From positions 22,247,453-22,311,452 of the forward strand of contig JARFYF010000029.1 in NCBI GenBank assembly GCA_030265395.1: DNA of 64,000 nucleotides, written 5' to 3'. The notes below the pieces were generated by a model. The model had not been told where the DNA came from. It did no database searches and saw nothing but the letters and a program-made list of their open reading frames with translations. Origin of the DNA: Rhina ancylostomus (taxonomy: Eukaryota). Made by a program: the position numbers and the translations under genes. Numbering within the stretch: the first letter of the stretch is position 1; every line of letters starts with the position of its first letter. This document shows, in pieces, positions 12,916 to 27,329 of this stretch.

Positions 12916-14079
12916 TCTACTGGCATATGCTGTAGGTGCTGTTGATTGTGGCCTGTTTGCATTTTGTTCTACTCCTGCCTCTTCCTCTTGTGTTTCCAGC
13001 TCTTTGCTAAATTGTGTAGTGCACAACAAATAATGACAAAGCTGGACAGCTAGTCTGTAAGTACTGGAGGACACCCCCAGACTGAGGCAGACAGCAAAAC
13101 CTCATTCTGAGGAAACCACTAATGTGCTAAGTGCTTTGTGCTACCACATCTTTCATTCCAGGGGTGCTCAGATGCAGTGGTAGAGATCACAAAAACACCA
13201 GGTAAGGAGGTCAAACCACTTGTCCCAGTTACAGTGACAGAGCAAAGGAAATATCAAGCAGGTTCCTGGACATGGTGATCAGTATCTTCACAAACATCTT
13301 TTAGACCAACAGCTTCGAGTACTTCCTCTGAACTTGTTAACTCAAGGATGATTAGCAAGTTGTTTGGGGTTGACACTAGGAACTAAAACACGATGCCCTT
13401 CTGGTACAGTTACCGAATGCAATGTTTAGAATAATATCATGCTAATCCTCAAATCCAATATGTATTTGTCTGTTTCTGCAATTGACTAATTACATAAGTG
13501 TGTACTTATTAAGCTAAATGAATTAATATTTTACAATTTAGATTATGGCATTAAACTGAAAGAGCATCCTGTGGGATACCGAAGGAATAATTTTGCTGCA
13601 TAGCAAGTGATGTTAAGTTGCAAATTCATTCCAAAAACTTTGTAATAATTCTACTACATTATACCTAACATACAGATGTAAACCTTCTTGATTCTTAAGC
13701 TGCTAGCTTTGTAATTCAGAAATTCACATATTTATCATGTAAGAAGCAATGTTTTTATGATAGAAAAGTTATCTCTGACACAAGTGATTGGTACTGCATA
13801 TGTGATTCAATAAGCCATTGGCTTTTCATTCTGAAAGGATGTGGACAATGTCACAAGAATTCAGGGAGAACAAACTGGATCAGTTCTAATCAGAACCTTC
13901 AATGTGTTTGTACAACATTGATGGAGCTCGAACAAATTGTATATGATAATGAAGAAAAAACATTAAACTAGCCAGTAGTAATATCTCAGCTAGAATTTGC
14001 TAAGTTATTGTCAGAATTGACATTCTAAACTGATGGATTTCCAAATGGCTCTGTAAACTTATTCAGTGGGTATCTACAC

Positions 14080-14290
14080 CATTTAGATCAGAGGATTCTA
14101 GTTTAATATCTGGTCTTTACTGAATTAGCTGATCTTATAAAGAATGTTGATTTGAAGATAGTATTCACTCTTCAGATTGTTATCCAGTGAAGTGAGTAGA
14201 TATGGATTTCAAATAAGGAGATACTTAGCCAGGCTGTGATGCCCTCTTACGTCAAACAGTCTGCCATTACCAACTTTCAGGGTTGAGCAA
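14080..14290 (+). mobile_element. Ancient SINE-like relic (LF-SINE-like)
   Basis: CTGGTCT..CTGAATTAGCTGATCT and GGCTGTGATGCCC..GTCAAACAGTCTGCC blocks resemble old vertebrate SINE bodies (recalled consensus). Confidence 0.35.
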
Positions 14291-15984
14291 TTTTTTCAGT
14301 GTTCATTTTCATTTTTCTTGGTTTCCTATTTAGGTATGTACAGCATCTATCATTTTTCATGCCAGTAGTCCACAGACAATCTGTTCCCAACCATCTCGCA
14401 TTGATGATTTTAAAGCTGACAGCAAATGGCTGAGAGCAGCTTGGATGAAATGCTGCAACTTGAGCTGTCTCCTAGCACTCTTTACACTGTTAACCACAGA
14501 ATGCAGCTTCCATAAGCAGGCCAACACCTCTCCTGAACTGAAATTTAATCGTGTGTGGTGAGTAGGATTATGGTAGAAGTGCCCTAAAACTCATGGAGTG
14601 CCCAGATAAACTCTAGGGAAAGAGAAAGAATTAATAAGAACCAGGATACTAGGCCAGAACTTCCTGAGAAATGCTGGCAGTTCTGCATCATACTGTCAGC
14701 AGTCACCATTGGTGTATCTAAAGAGGTTTGGGACTCCAGCACAAATATAGAAGTGCGGAACTTGCTGCCCAAGTTCTATCAGTAATTTCCCAGCTCTGCT
14801 TTGGGGATGGTCTCCTCATGGAAGAACAAGCTTGCTGAATTTCTCAGCAGATATGCTGGGGAATAGGCCTGCTGAAACTGCCAGGTCAGATCTGGTGCAG
14901 TAACAGCAAGCCAAGCCAGGAATGGAAAGGAATTGTAATATACCTTTATTATTAATTGAGTTTGCATTGGTGTTTTAGAATGTTTTTCTAAGTGAGTTAA
15001 TTCTTTTGTCAGGGACATCCTGAAGCAAAATTCTTGACGATTTTGTCAGCTGGCAAAGCTAGTCTACATCGGCTTAATTGGCTATCAAAGTTTATTCTCA
15101 GTAGTTTTATTCTGGGCCGCCCACATTATGACATGACATACAAAGCTCTGCCACCATGAAAGCTATCCTCATTTAGGATTGTGGCTGCACTGGCAAACCA
15201 ACCAGGGCTTGATGCTGGCATGAAGTTTTGTCCAATGTTATGAGAACAAAGGACCTTTTGTACCGTACATCTAACAGGAGCTGGATTTACCTTGAGTTAG
15301 AACTTCCTTCTCAGTCATATGTGCTAGATGCAGAATAGGGCACTTGGCTTCCAAAATCCAGTTCCATTGACTTCAATGGAAAACCATTTCAGCAGTGGAG
15401 TACATGACTGTGCTATTACTTTGGATACTTAGTGCAAATAATAAAGGACTGATCCAGCTTGAATGGAGGATTACAATGCGTGGAGAGCCATATTGAATAG
15501 AGGGTTATAATATCAAAACAAATTAAGGAAAAAAGAGCTACCCTTCTTATGTCTGATGAGGGACACTCAACAACATACAAATGATGGAATAAACAATTCA
15601 GGATAGGCCTAGCTAGTCCATGCCAATATCTATACAACTTTAGATATACCTCAGCCTTGATCATCTAGAGTTAGCATTTTAACCTCTTTATTTCATTTTG
15701 TATGTTTATCTAGTTTCCCCTTAAACTTATCCATGCTCTTCATCTTAGCTACACCCTATAGTAATGGGTTCCCCTTTCTCACCACGATGGATAAAGACAA
15801 TTCTGCTAAATGTTTATTTAATTTCTTGGTAATTATTGTATATTAATAGACATTAGTTATGCTCTGCGTAAATAGAAGCACTCTCTCATAATGTTATCAT
15901 GGCTGTGGTATTACCTTTCTGGTTCTGGTATCATCCTTGTAAATTATTTTTTCACCCTCTTTAGTGCCCCTATACCCTATCCAT

Positions 15985-16490
15985 AATATAGAACTGTGGA
16001 AATTTATGGATGCAGAATAGGGTCTTTTGCCCCATTATTTTGATACCAATTGAAAAACAGCTATGCAGACTAATGCCACTTCCCAATTCTCAGGCCAAAG
16101 CCTTATAAAGTTAGGAGATCAAGTTCATGCAAACACGTATCAAATGTGATGAAAATTTAAAAAANNNNNNNNNNNNNNNNNNNNNNNNNNNNNNNNNNNN
16201 NNNNNNNNNNNNNNNNNNNNNNNNNNNNNNNNNNNNNNNNNNNNNNNNNNNNNNNNNNNNNNNNATCAAATGTGATGAAAATTAAAAAAAACTGCAGATG
16301 CTGGAAATCTGAAATAAAACCAGAAAATGCTGATAACACTCAACAGGTCAGGCAGCATCTGTTGAAAGAGAAACAGTCAATGTTTTGGGTCTGTAACACT
16401 TTGCAGAAGATGGGGTTTCTCCTTCCATGACCCACTCAGAAAGTGAGTTCCAGATTCCTATCACACTCTGGGTAAAAGATTCTTCTACCA
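15985..16490 (-). mobile_element. CR1 3' fragment interrupted by a Penelope-like piece (~16285-16400) and an N gap
   Basis: SFTQSVIGIWNSLSEWVME (CR1 C-terminus). ACTGCAGATGCTGGAAATCTG...CAGGTCAGGCAGCATCTG resembles a common elasmobranch Penelope-type terminal repeat. Confidence 0.6.
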
Positions 16491-17499
16491 GTGATCTTAA
16501 AGCTAAATCCATGTCCACTATGGTGATCACACCATTACACTACCTTTTGAATGTGTGTTCTACAAACGATAGTCATATTGAATGGTGGGTCAGGTTTGAC
16601 CGGCTGAGTGGCCTACTTCTCCTGATTTCTTGTGCATTATCTAATTTTTAAAAATTTCCTACCATTGGAAACTCAAGTTTGCTTTTGTTGTGGCCTTAGT
16701 GACCTGCAGTGAAACTTCCAGTGATTTCTGTATCTGTCCTCTCCAATATCTCTGCTGCTCTATCCCAGTTTCATTTTATTTTGCTTATTAAAGGCTAATG
16801 GCTCATGCAAAGTGAAAGAGGTTATAGTGATTAAGCCTTGGAGTGACTTAGTTCTCATGTATGTTATTACGCTAGTGCTATTTAAAGCTGGGTTGAGTGA
16901 AATATTTTGTAATTAATGACAAGATCTGGTGTTTGTCAAATAATTAGGCATTTGCCCATTACAAGTGCTTGAAATGCTGAGGGTCTGCAGCCTTGGTACC
17001 AATTACAGGAAACTCACAACACTCGTTTATTTAAATAGAATTGAAGTGTATGGAAGGGCCCTAACAGAACGTGAAATTATAGAAGTTGAGGACCACTGGG
17101 GAAAAGATTGTATCACCTTGTACATGATGTGATGGAATTATCTGAGTATGCCATGAGGGCATTTTTAGAATTTTGTTCTCGGTCCAATTTATACATGACA
17201 AGCATATGATCAAAAGCATCTGATTCCGCAAAAACAGTGATGTTAACTGGTGAACACTGCAAATTTTAACATCACTCTTGTGCAAAATTGTTCTGCGCAT
17301 GTGAAGCCCCGAAAGAGGATTTAGTCTCACACACTGAAGCAAGTCTTAACCAGAAGGATGGCACCTCCTGCAGTTCTAGGTGGACCATCCTGATCCACCG
17401 ACAAGGAGGCTGAAGCCCTCACCATGTTCCAGGCAGCTCATCATTTGAGTGGTTTTCTTGGTGTTTGCTTTTGCCACCCTCCTGCATCAACTTAAGGCA

Positions 17500-18000
17500 C
17501 TCCAACATCCACTAACCCCTGGCTGATTACCTCTCCAACTGATAACCCTTTACACCCTGTCCCAACCATCCTTCTGACTGAACCTCCCTTACCACCTCAT
17601 TCCCTCAACCTTATACCTCTTGCCTCTCTAACTAAGCCTCTCCTAACCCCAGGCTGGCAGTTCCTCTGACTAATCTCCTCCCTATCCTTGGCTAATCACC
17701 TTGTTGAATGATTGCTCTCCCCACGCCCACAATCTTATGTTGATAGCTTCTTCGATTGACCCTGTTAAATCCCAGGCCCAATACTGCTCTAACTGATCCT
17801 CCCCCATCTTGTGCCCCCAAGAACCCTGCCTGATTACCTCTTTGAGGTATTCCCTGCTTCCTACCCCTCTCATGAACCCAGCCCAAGCCTTTCCCTAACT
17901 GACCCAATCCTGTCTGATCCTATCTCTATCCCTCAATGATACTCTCTCCTGCAACCTCCTGCACCCTAAATTGCACCATCTACCCACTTTCCTGAAACAT
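17500..18000. repeat. C/T-rich low-complexity tract
   Basis: Strong pyrimidine/C skew with recurring CTGA/CCC/TAAC motifs and no exact period. Confidence 0.5.
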
Positions 18001-18019
18001 TTGCACCATGCAGGAACAG

Positions 18020-18600
18020 CAAGCGGTGGGAGAGCAAATGGCACATTGGCTTTTATTGTGACTAGTAAAAATGACTTAATGTGACTATACAGGGTCTGTT
18101 GAGACAACACTTAAAGTATTGTGAGCATTTTAGACCTGACCTTAAAAGGGATATACTTGCTCTGCAGGGAGTGCAGTGAAGATTCACACGACTTATTCCT
18201 GGGCTGGCAGGTTTGCCATACAAGGAGAAGTCGAGTAGACTGGACCTTTNNNNNNNNNNNNNNNNNNNNNNNNNNNNNNNNNNNNNNNNNNNNNNNNNNN
18301 NNNNNNNNNNNNNNNNNNNNNNNNNNNNNNNNNNNNNNNNNNNNNNNNNNNNNNNNNNNNNNNNNNNNNNNNNNNNNNNNNNNNNNNNNNNNNNNNNNNN
18401 NNNNNNNNNNNNNNNNNNNNNNNNNNNNNNNNNNNNNNNNNNNNNNNNNNNNNNNNNNNNNNNNNNNNNNNNNNNNNNNNNNNNNNNNNNNNNNNNNNNN
18501 NNNNNNNNNNNNNNNNNNNNNNNNNNNNNNNNNNNNNNNNNNNNATCAATAGTGGAGCAGGATCAAAGGGCCAGGCGGCCTACTCCTGCTGTTAATTCTC
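18020..18600 (+). mobile_element. CR1 fragment spanning an N gap
   Basis: ANGTLAFI, RQHLKYC and GVQ*RFT motifs; tail GGCCTACTCCTGCT after the gap. Confidence 0.65.
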
Positions 18601-20899
18601 ATTTCCTTGCAGTACTTTGGGCCTTGTTCTCAAAAGAATTTAACTGCTGTGGGAATCTAACACTAAACAATTTCTAGACATTTATGTGCATTTGGCAGAG
18701 CAAACAATTGTGCATGACCTGTGTGCAGGAGTTAACTCTCAGTAAAAACAGAAGTAAGATACAACTAAAAATAGATTCAACAGGTATATCCCTGAAACAA
18801 GCATTGAGTACCTGGAAGTGGACAATCTCACTCGTTGTACTGCTCCTTAAAACCTAGAAAAAATTAGGCCATACAAGGTATTGGAGACATTGCAAATGTG
18901 TTTGAAACCATTACCAAGCTGTATTAATTAAATTTTAGTGAATCCATGATGCTGGATATCCAAAACTGTTGACTTTAGCTACACAAGTAAACTGTTCTAA
19001 ACTAATTGTGCTGTCCATGTCAGTCATGGATATTGAGACTTCTGTTATGTTGTAATATAGGGAGCTCTGCTATATTACCGTGATATATCTAATTGTAAAC
19101 TCATACATTTATATTTTTTAATCAGTTTTTGCCTAAGTACATTGAATACTCTTTTTATTTGATATTATTGATGCTAATTATGTGTGAATAAAGAAATGTT
19201 AATTCATAATTTCAAGGTTTGGCTTTTTCTGTATTTTTAGCAGGAATCACTTAATTCATTCATTCAATTATAAGCCTAAGGCAAATCAAATAAATGTTGG
19301 TGTTTTTCTCTATAGAAGCCATCAAGTCTAATCACACTCCCTGTTTGCACCTCATTCTTTAATATATTTCTTTTTCAAGTAGCTAAATATCTTTTACAAA
19401 AATAGTCTGTGGATTTTGCTTCCTGACAGGCATTAGCATTAGGGAATTCCAAAATTCTGAGTTCTTTCTGTGTAAGATCACTTTTCTAAACTCCTCTTGA
19501 TTTCTTTATATAATTATTTCAAATTATTCTCTTGATGCCGCCTTACCAGCCTATGGATCTATTGCTATTTGCCTTATTAGCTTTTACTTTATCTACATAT
19601 GCTGCCAGTTAATGCAAACCAAACTCTCTTTGCTTTTCATCTGTATTTAAGGTTTATGATTAATACCTAGTTTTTACATTTGTTTCATTTATCTATAGAA
19701 TGTGGTTGTCACCAGCAAGGGCAGGATTTATTGCCCTTCTAATGCCCTTCAGTAGGTGGTGGTGAGCTGGCTTGTACAGCTGCAGTACATCTAAGTGTCA
19801 CACTTCTTGGTGCTAATCTAGTCAGAGTGCCACAAAATCGATGAATTTAGTGTTAGGTAAAGCTAATTTGCTTGCATTTGAAAATTTGAGGACTTGGTAA
19901 ATCCTCAACTAAACAGACTAGCAATATGCTTCATTTTGCCCCAATGATTACTTTGTTCACAGTATGGTTTTGCATGAAATTTCTGAATGTACCCGCTTAA
20001 GAAAAAAAGATAGATTCTAACGGGATTGGTCTGTGATTCAAATATGGTACTGCCATTTTTCACTGATCCAGCTTTACCATTTAAATAATTTCATCTTTCA
20101 TCATGAATGTACATCATATTATAAGAATCTATGTTTAGATTACTGTCTCTTATGATTAACTTTACATGATCTTTATAGATCTTATAAATATATTCTGGTC
20201 TGATGGGCAGAGCAGGTCTTTTCTAATTGCTTGGAAGAGCTGGTTTCATCACCTCATCAATTTGATTTAATCCTTCCATGATGCAACAAGTTAATACCAT
20301 GGTCTTAATCTGAGTTTTGAAATCTGTGGTATTGCCATTAGTTACGCTCTCTCAGCTAGCCCTGAAAATGTAATAATAGTTATTGGATCAAATTGAACTT
20401 TTTTAATACTCCATGCTTAATAGCAAAAAAAGTAAAATTAATGATAACAGTAAGAGAAGACCAAACTCTTTACACATTCATGTCTCAGTGTTACTGTGAA
20501 TAATAAGTGGATTGATGAGCTAACAGTGTTGTAACTTATAGCAGTGCCTCAGTATATTTTAAACCACTGATTTTAACAAGAAATCCACTATCATATAAGT
20601 AACAATCCAAGACCATCAGACATTTTTCTTAAGTTTTAATCTTGCAATTTTTAAAAAATGTTGTTACTCTTAACCAAGATACAAGCTGCCCTTGGTGAAC
20701 AGGAATCAGTGAGGACATAGAACTGAAATCAGTAGTTTATACTTACACAAGGGGGCGCAATAGATTCAGTTACAACTTCTCTGTATTTGCAAAGTGATCT
20801 ACTTACAAAATGTTTTCATGAAAAAAATGTAGCTTTTGAAAGAATCTGAAAACATTTGCCACATTGTATGGTTATTCTATCAAAGAAAACCTTACTGTT

Positions 20900-21420
20900 G
20901 AGTCATCGTATTTTTCTTGGGCAGTCCCTTGAGATTGAGGATGACTTGCTTCCACCCCAATTTTGTGAGTTTATAATGAGGCCAATATAGGAATGGCAGA
21001 CTCTTCCACAGATGGAGCAAGAGATGCCTGACAGGATGGGCAGGAAGGTAAATTGTGAGATGGCGTTCTCCTTCCACTGGTTAAGAAGGGCCTCTGTGTC
21101 CTACCATGCACGGGTGTTGAGGTTCCTGTTATCACCTTGAATACTTCTTCTCCACTTTGAGCAGTCATGGGCCAAGGTTTTTCAAGAGTCAGTGGATTTT
21201 TCAAAGGCTTTGTGCACATCCTTTTTTCTGTGTCNNNNNNNNNNGTATGTGACCATCATGGCTGGCCCAACACAGCCAACTGAATGTAACTTGGGCCTCA
21301 GTACTGGGTAAGTTGGCTAGGGAGAGGTCAATGATATTGGTTTGCTTATCCTTTCAGTGAATTTGGAGGGTGTTTGGTGGAATCTTTCCAGTGTCTTGAG
21401 ATACTGCTATAGATAGTTGG
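20900..21420 (-). mobile_element. RTE-clade LINE 3' end
   Basis: Minus strand reads TLAHDCSKWRRSI and the C-terminal zinc-finger-like SCSICGRVCHSYIGLI, both typical of RTE. A WLCWASH (LRWAGH-like) motif lies upstream. Confidence 0.8.
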
Positions 21421-21614
21421 TGCTGAGTATACAGTTGAGCAAAGTCAGTTAATGCTAAGTATCAAGAGTAAATTCATATTATTTCAAAAATGTATCATTT
21501 GTTTTCCCTGCCAAATTCAGTTGTTATCTATAATTTTATTCCATTCTGTACTTATATTGCCTACTATATGTACAATTTGCCCAAGTACAAGATACTATGT
21601 TAATCTCATTAAAT

Positions 21615-21905
21615 ATCAAAATCAAAGCTGAGTTTATTGTCATATATGTGTATGCACAGGTGCAACGGGAGAAAACTTACTTGCAGCAGTATCACAGGCA
21701 TATAGCATCAGATACACAACATTCACAAGAAAAACATAAAGTAACTATAAATTATACAAAATTATACAAGAAAGAACACAATTAGAACAAAAAAAAGTCA
21801 ATTGTGGTGCAAAGCGGTCATAGTGTTGCTATACTGAGGCAGTGATTAGAGTTGTGCAGGTTGGTTCAAGAACCAATGGTTGAGGGGAATTACTGGTTCT
21901 TGTAC
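21615..21905 (-). mobile_element. Rex1/Babar-like LINE 3' end
   Basis: GAGTTTATTGTCAT terminus and the GTTCAAGAACCAATGGTTGAGGGG...GTTCTTG block resemble Rex1-like 3' ends in reverse orientation. Confidence 0.55.
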
Positions 21906-22944
21906 AATCCAACTTGACTAAGCTCTGTCTAGGATTTTACTTAGTTAATGATCATGAAAAATTCAAGTCAAGTCTCCAGGTTAATATTTATGTATCCCAA
22001 TAAATGTGGGTATTGTGTAGACACAGAACAGATATTATTAAAGGATACTTTGACTTTTTAAGAGTGAGTATTTGACATAGCATTGCCATCTTTGAGTTTA
22101 CTAATCACTGCCCAGATAACCAGGATCAATGGAGACAAGAATATATTCACCAAATATAGCACTAGCAGCATAAGAGGTACTTTTGTCTTGGCACATGGAC
22201 TTATGATGAAGTAATAATGGCCCTGTCTTTGAATCCTAAGTGTTGAGACATGTCTTGGATTGATGTCTTGCAGGCTTTCTTATTTTCACTCTACACTATG
22301 AAGATTGGGTGAGGTACTTCAGCTCTGGTCACAGTTCAACTTACTTAAAGGTACTTTGCAACTAAAAACTGAGGAAGTCTACCTCAGCAACTAGTATATC
22401 GGCAGCAATTGTAAATTGCTGATAAATATGTTGTGATTGCAATGTTTTTAGCTCTTTCAGGTTGCCTGTAGAGACAACATGGCAACAACTCTTTGAAGTA
22501 TAGATATGAATATTAATGTCACTAGGTGAAGTAATTCTAAAAAATTAACCAAAACCATAATCAAAAATACTGATAAGTGGAATGGCGACGAGAACATGAT
22601 TCTTTCAAGTTCAATGAGATGAATTAAAATCCAGACTAAAATGATGTGGGAAAAAAAAATTTCTGGTGCCTTTGAGTCTTATATAAAATGAATTTGAATA
22701 ACCTCTCGCATGTTCCTGGTGGACACAGATCCACTGTTTGGAACCAAAATGAAAGCAAAATTTTCATTTTAATAACAAAAATGTAATTGTTGATAGGGAG
22801 AAAGAGAAGAACCTAATGTTTGCATTGGTGGAAGTAGGTCGAGTTCAATGTTTTGAGAAAGGGTACAATTTAAAGAGTAGACTCTGTATAAGTGTGCAGT
22901 AGTTGACATATTTTTGTGTATTAATAGATGTGATTTAGACATTA

Positions 22945-23250
22945 TTGACAAGGCCATCACTTATTATCCATTCTTAACTTACCTTGAACCAACTGTTCCT
23001 AGGCAATTTTGGAGGGTGGTTATCATCCACATTGTATATGTCTGGAGTCATAAATGTGTCTAGATGCACTTGTGTGGTGACAAGCACCTAAAGAAAATGT
23101 GTGGTTATGTATAGGGAGGATATGTGCTTGCATGTAACATAAAGGATTTTCACATGTGCTACTGCAAAAGCTGCCAGATTTAAATTTCCTGTGCACACCC
23201 CTGCATATAGACTGAGTAAGGACATTATTAAATCAGATGGGTATATTTGT
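22945..23250 (-). mobile_element. Old SINE relic (related to 42130-42266 and 49460-49645)
   Basis: Shared blocks CCTTGAAC, CCACATTG..GTCTGGAGTCA and GAGTAAGGACATTA..CAGATGGGT. Confidence 0.45.
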
Positions 23251-24634
23251 TAATGTAAGTCCTGTGGATCAAAAGTGGAAAGTATGCACTGTGCAGCTTA
23301 TTGCTGATTGTGGGAAGTTCACTTCCCCAGAACAGACATTTCTCACATTGATGATCACAGAAGTATTCAAGGAATATGCGATTTTTTTTGTGTGACAGTA
23401 CTAGCTATTGACATTTTGGCAGATGGTAATCCTGCTTTAGNNNNNNNNNNNNNNNNNNNNNNNNNNNNNNNNNNNNNNNNNNNNNNNNNNNNNNNNNNNN
23501 NNNNNNNNNNNNNNNNNNNNNNNNNNNNNNNNNNNNNNNNNNNNNNNNNNNNNNNNNNNNNNNNNNNNNNNNNNNNNNNNNNNNNNNNNNNNNNNNNNNN
23601 NNNNNNNNNNNNNNNNNNNNNNNNNNNNNNNNNNNNNNNNNNNNNNNNNNNNNNNNNNNNNNNNNNNNNNNNNNNNNNNNNNNNNAATATAATATTTAAA
23701 TGTACTGGAATGCACTGGAATGCTTTTTTTTAATTAAGAAAATGGTTCAGCTTGGTTCAGAAAATGGTTGAGAAAATGCACACACAGTCTTGCACAGTAA
23801 GTTTCTGGCATTAAGCTGAAGGAACATCAGCTGGTTGAGATTACAGTTTTCATCCAGTACTATTTAAATTGTCTGACTAATAAACTGAAAACCAGAAATA
23901 CATTTTAGTCTTTATGTTTTATGGCAGCAATTACCCTATTAGCACGGTGGGTGGGAGTCAGTCTGCATCCAGTTTATGCTAACTGGATTTTTTGTTGCTG
24001 TGAATTACAGTGTATTTACATAGAACAGCCATTCACAGTAGGAAAAATGGGGAAAATCATAGCCTGTGTACAGTGGGAAAAGAAGTTCACTGGTTTTTGT
24101 AAAGCTTTATATTTTGAAATCTTTCCTATAATGAAAGGGCAATATTGTTAAAATCATGCTAACTTAAAATAGTTTATCCATTGTTAAATAACTAACAATA
24201 ATGGAATGCAATGAGGTGGAGATCTCAAAGAGGTGTCCCAGAAATGTATGAACTTTAAATAAAGTAATGTAATACATTAAGAAAATAGGAGAGGGAAACA
24301 CAAGAGAGAGTAAGGAAGGAGGCTTTAAATTCAAAAATATCATAAATTCTGATGGCCTGGCATTAAGAATCAAAGGGAAGGAAATTTGGCTGTGTAACAG
24401 CAGTCTTTAGGCACTAATTGATCTAAAAATGCTGAACATGACATCTGCACACTTCTAATCGAAACTGTACTACTATTCGGTGTGCTGCCATGCCAATCAT
24501 TAGAGAACCCACTCTTACTATCATCAAACAATATTACTATTACCTGGATCACTCTAGCTCTCAGTTAATTCCTGTCCTACAGATATTAGCTGAGAGAATG
24601 CTAAGGATTATGTAGGATTTTTAGCTATTTTTTC

Positions 24635-24900
24635 AGGATGTGGTCATGACTGTCAAAGCCAACAATTATTGCCCATCCTTGAGAAGGCCGTATGACTCAA
24701 CTTCTTGAATCACTGCAGTCATGGTTAAGATGGTCCCATAATGCAGCTGGGCAGGGGATTCCAGGATTTAGATCCAATCATGATGAAGGAACATCAATGT
24801 ATTTCCAAATCAGGGTGGTGTGTAGCTTGGAGAGGAACCCGCAGGAGATGGTGTTCCCAGGCCGTCCTTCTTCTTGGTGCCAGAGGTCTTGGGTTCGGGA
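24635..24900 (-). mobile_element. CR1/L2-group LINE 3' end
   Basis: PNPRPLAPRRRTAWEHHLLRVPLQATHHPDLEI, same family as 25365-26110. Confidence 0.75.
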
Positions 24901-25330
24901 ATATGCTGCATGCTGCATTCAATGCTTCTGAGAAAACAGCTCCTGCCACAATCAAATAAGTGGCCATGGAGCAAAAGCATGGAGAAGAGGAGGAGGAGAG
25001 GAGGTGCAAAAGTAGATGAAAAGGAAGGGAGGCTGCAAAATAAGCACCAACCTTTTGCCCGGCCCTGTATGATGAAGTAATGATTGGACAGCTCCCGAAC
25101 ACTCAACCCTATCTCTCAATTCAACAATGCCGCAAGATCCTTACCCTTTCCTCTATCACTGACTATCACAACCCATTCCTTTCAATGAAATAAAAACAAA
25201 CACACATAAAAATTGATTATAATCCAAATTCATCAATTGACATACAACATAATGCATCCAAAAATGAACTAATCACCCTTTGTATTCCCTTAAAGTTTGC
25301 CTTCCATGTGAATTTTGCTTCTTTTGAAAC
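24900..25330 (+). mobile_element. PIF/Harbinger transposase C-terminal remnant
   Basis: CCMLHS (CCxLHN motif) followed by a GAG-rich acidic-tail region; mirrors the copy at ~59.4-59.55 kb. Confidence 0.5.
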
Positions 25331-25364
25331 TTCAGTGACTTGGTTTTATTAATTTTTTAGGGAT

Positions 25365-26110
25365 TTGGGCCTTGCTGGTAAAGCCAACATTTTTTTGTCC
25401 ATCCTTAAATATCCTTGGGGAAGGTGATGAGGAGCTTCCTTTTCAAATTGTTGCAGTGTCTCTGATGAAGGTACTCCCACTGTTCTGTTGGGTGGGAAGT
25501 TCAAGGACTTAGATCACTGATGAATGAACAGAAGTATATTTCCAAGCATGTTATGCAACATGTAGGGGAGCCTGCAGGTGGTGATGGCCCCATATGCCTG
25601 CCACCCTTGTCTTCTTTGGTGGCAGAGGTAGTGAGTTTGGGAAATGCTGTTGGAGTAGCCTAGGTGAGTAACTGCAGTGCATTATGTAGATGGTATACAC
25701 TGCAGCCATTGTCAGCTGGTGGTGGAGAGAATGACAGATTAGGGTAGTGGGTGGGGTGCTAATCAAGTGGGGTGCTTTGTCCTGGATGGTGGCAAATTTC
25801 TTGAGTTTTATTGGTGCTGCTCTCATCCAAGCAGGTGGAGAATATTGCATCGTACACTTGACTTGTGCCTTGCAGATGGTGGAAAGGCTTTAGACTGTCA
25901 GGAGGTGAGTCACTCTTCCTCTTTTATTATTTTTACACTTCTTTCTCCTCATGTTTTTGCTCCTCAGCCTCTGATCTGCTCTTGTAGCCGTGATACTTGT
26001 GTGGCTGCTTCAGTTGAGTTTCTGGTCAGTGGTGGCCCTGCAGGATGGTGATGGTGCAAGACTCGATGATGGTGACACCATTAAATGTTAAGGGTAGGTG
26101 GTTAGATTCT
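25365..26110 (-). mobile_element. CR1/L2-group LINE 3' region
   Basis: ORF 25551-25850 MQYSPPAWMRAAPIKLKKFATIQDKAPHLI...HSLHHQLTMAAVYTIYIMHCS is a recognisable LINE ORF2 C-terminus. Confidence 0.85.
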
Positions 26111-27329
26111 TCGTTGTTGATGAGTTGCTTTTCGATTGACGCAGAATGGTTGGTTGAAGCCTGCTGATGCCCCGTTGAGATTGGGCAGGGTGACTGGAAG
26201 AAGTTCTGAAGCTAGAATGGTCAGGTTCAGACCGTACAAGCTGCAGGGGTCTGACCTGGCTGCCTGAAAGATTACAGGAAGTGGATGAGCAGAGAGGCAG
26301 AGGTAACAGGATGGGAGTTTGAATGTTAGCATTCCAGAGAAAGAAAAGAGCTTATGCTCAGTGAAGGAACTATGAATCCCTCATGGATCCTGCAGGCTTG
26401 TTGGGGGGACTGCTTTGATGCTATGAAACCCTTCTGAACAGTAGTATGAATAATGGCAGCCATTTCAGCCAGCAAACAGCAGTTTCAGATTCCACCCTGG
26501 CAATCAGGCCTTTCATGTGACAGTGATCATCGCAGTATACTCCATGGGTGTGCTGATGGAGGTGGCCACCTATTGCATGTTAGAAAAGTTAGATTCTGAA
26601 GTATTGAAAGCCCCAGGCCGATGTAGTGCTGAGGTCCTCCATACTCCTTGACAATGAACACAGGCTTTCTGGTGCACTTTCCAGCCTACCAAGCACACAT
26701 TATTAATATATGAGTTGGTGATTGTGGCTGTCACACTGAGAAATAATTTCTCTTGATCTTCGCTTTCTTCTTTTTCCTTATCTGAATGGCAGGTGTATAG
26801 TTCCTATGAATCTAAGATGCAGAAGGGACAGTGGTTGGATTAATATGAGGGGAGAAGAGAAAATAAAAATTACAAACTGCCACCACCTGAAGCTTCAAAG
26901 TTAAAAGAGATTCAGAGATGAGCAAAGTATGAATTGGATAAGAAGATATAATTTCTTCAGCTCACAGTTGCCACAGTCTCAGAGCCCTCTCTTCCTGGAG
27001 TGTTGGATGGGGTGTTGGTGGAGCTGTGAGGATATTGCAATTGAAGAACAATTCACTCACCTTCCAAAATAGTATTGGATTGTTAAACTCATTCCTGTAC
27101 TAGTCTAAGTCTTTGGAGGAATGTTTTTAAAATTGATCATTGTACTACTTGTTTCCACTGCATACTGAACATATAGCTGGAGGGTTGACAGTTTCCCTGT
27201 GGATACAGAAGGGCTGTTTTCCTTTTCATCCTTTTGCACATCTCCGGTGCATATCAGAAAACCTTGGTGCAGCCACTCTCTTATGTATTCAGCCATTCCT
27301 CAATTCACAGCAAAGATTCAGCTATCAAT

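Noticed and set aside
16140-16290. Direct repeat ATCAAATGTGATGAAAATT on both sides of a 100-N gap (similarly CCTGGACT around the gap at 40422-40521)
   Set aside because: Most likely unmerged contig overlap at scaffold gaps rather than a biological duplication.
18121-18677. Long ORFs at 18.1-18.7, 23.3-23.7, 49.6-49.9 and 58.6-59.1 kb
   Set aside because: They are artefacts of translating through N runs and microsatellite.
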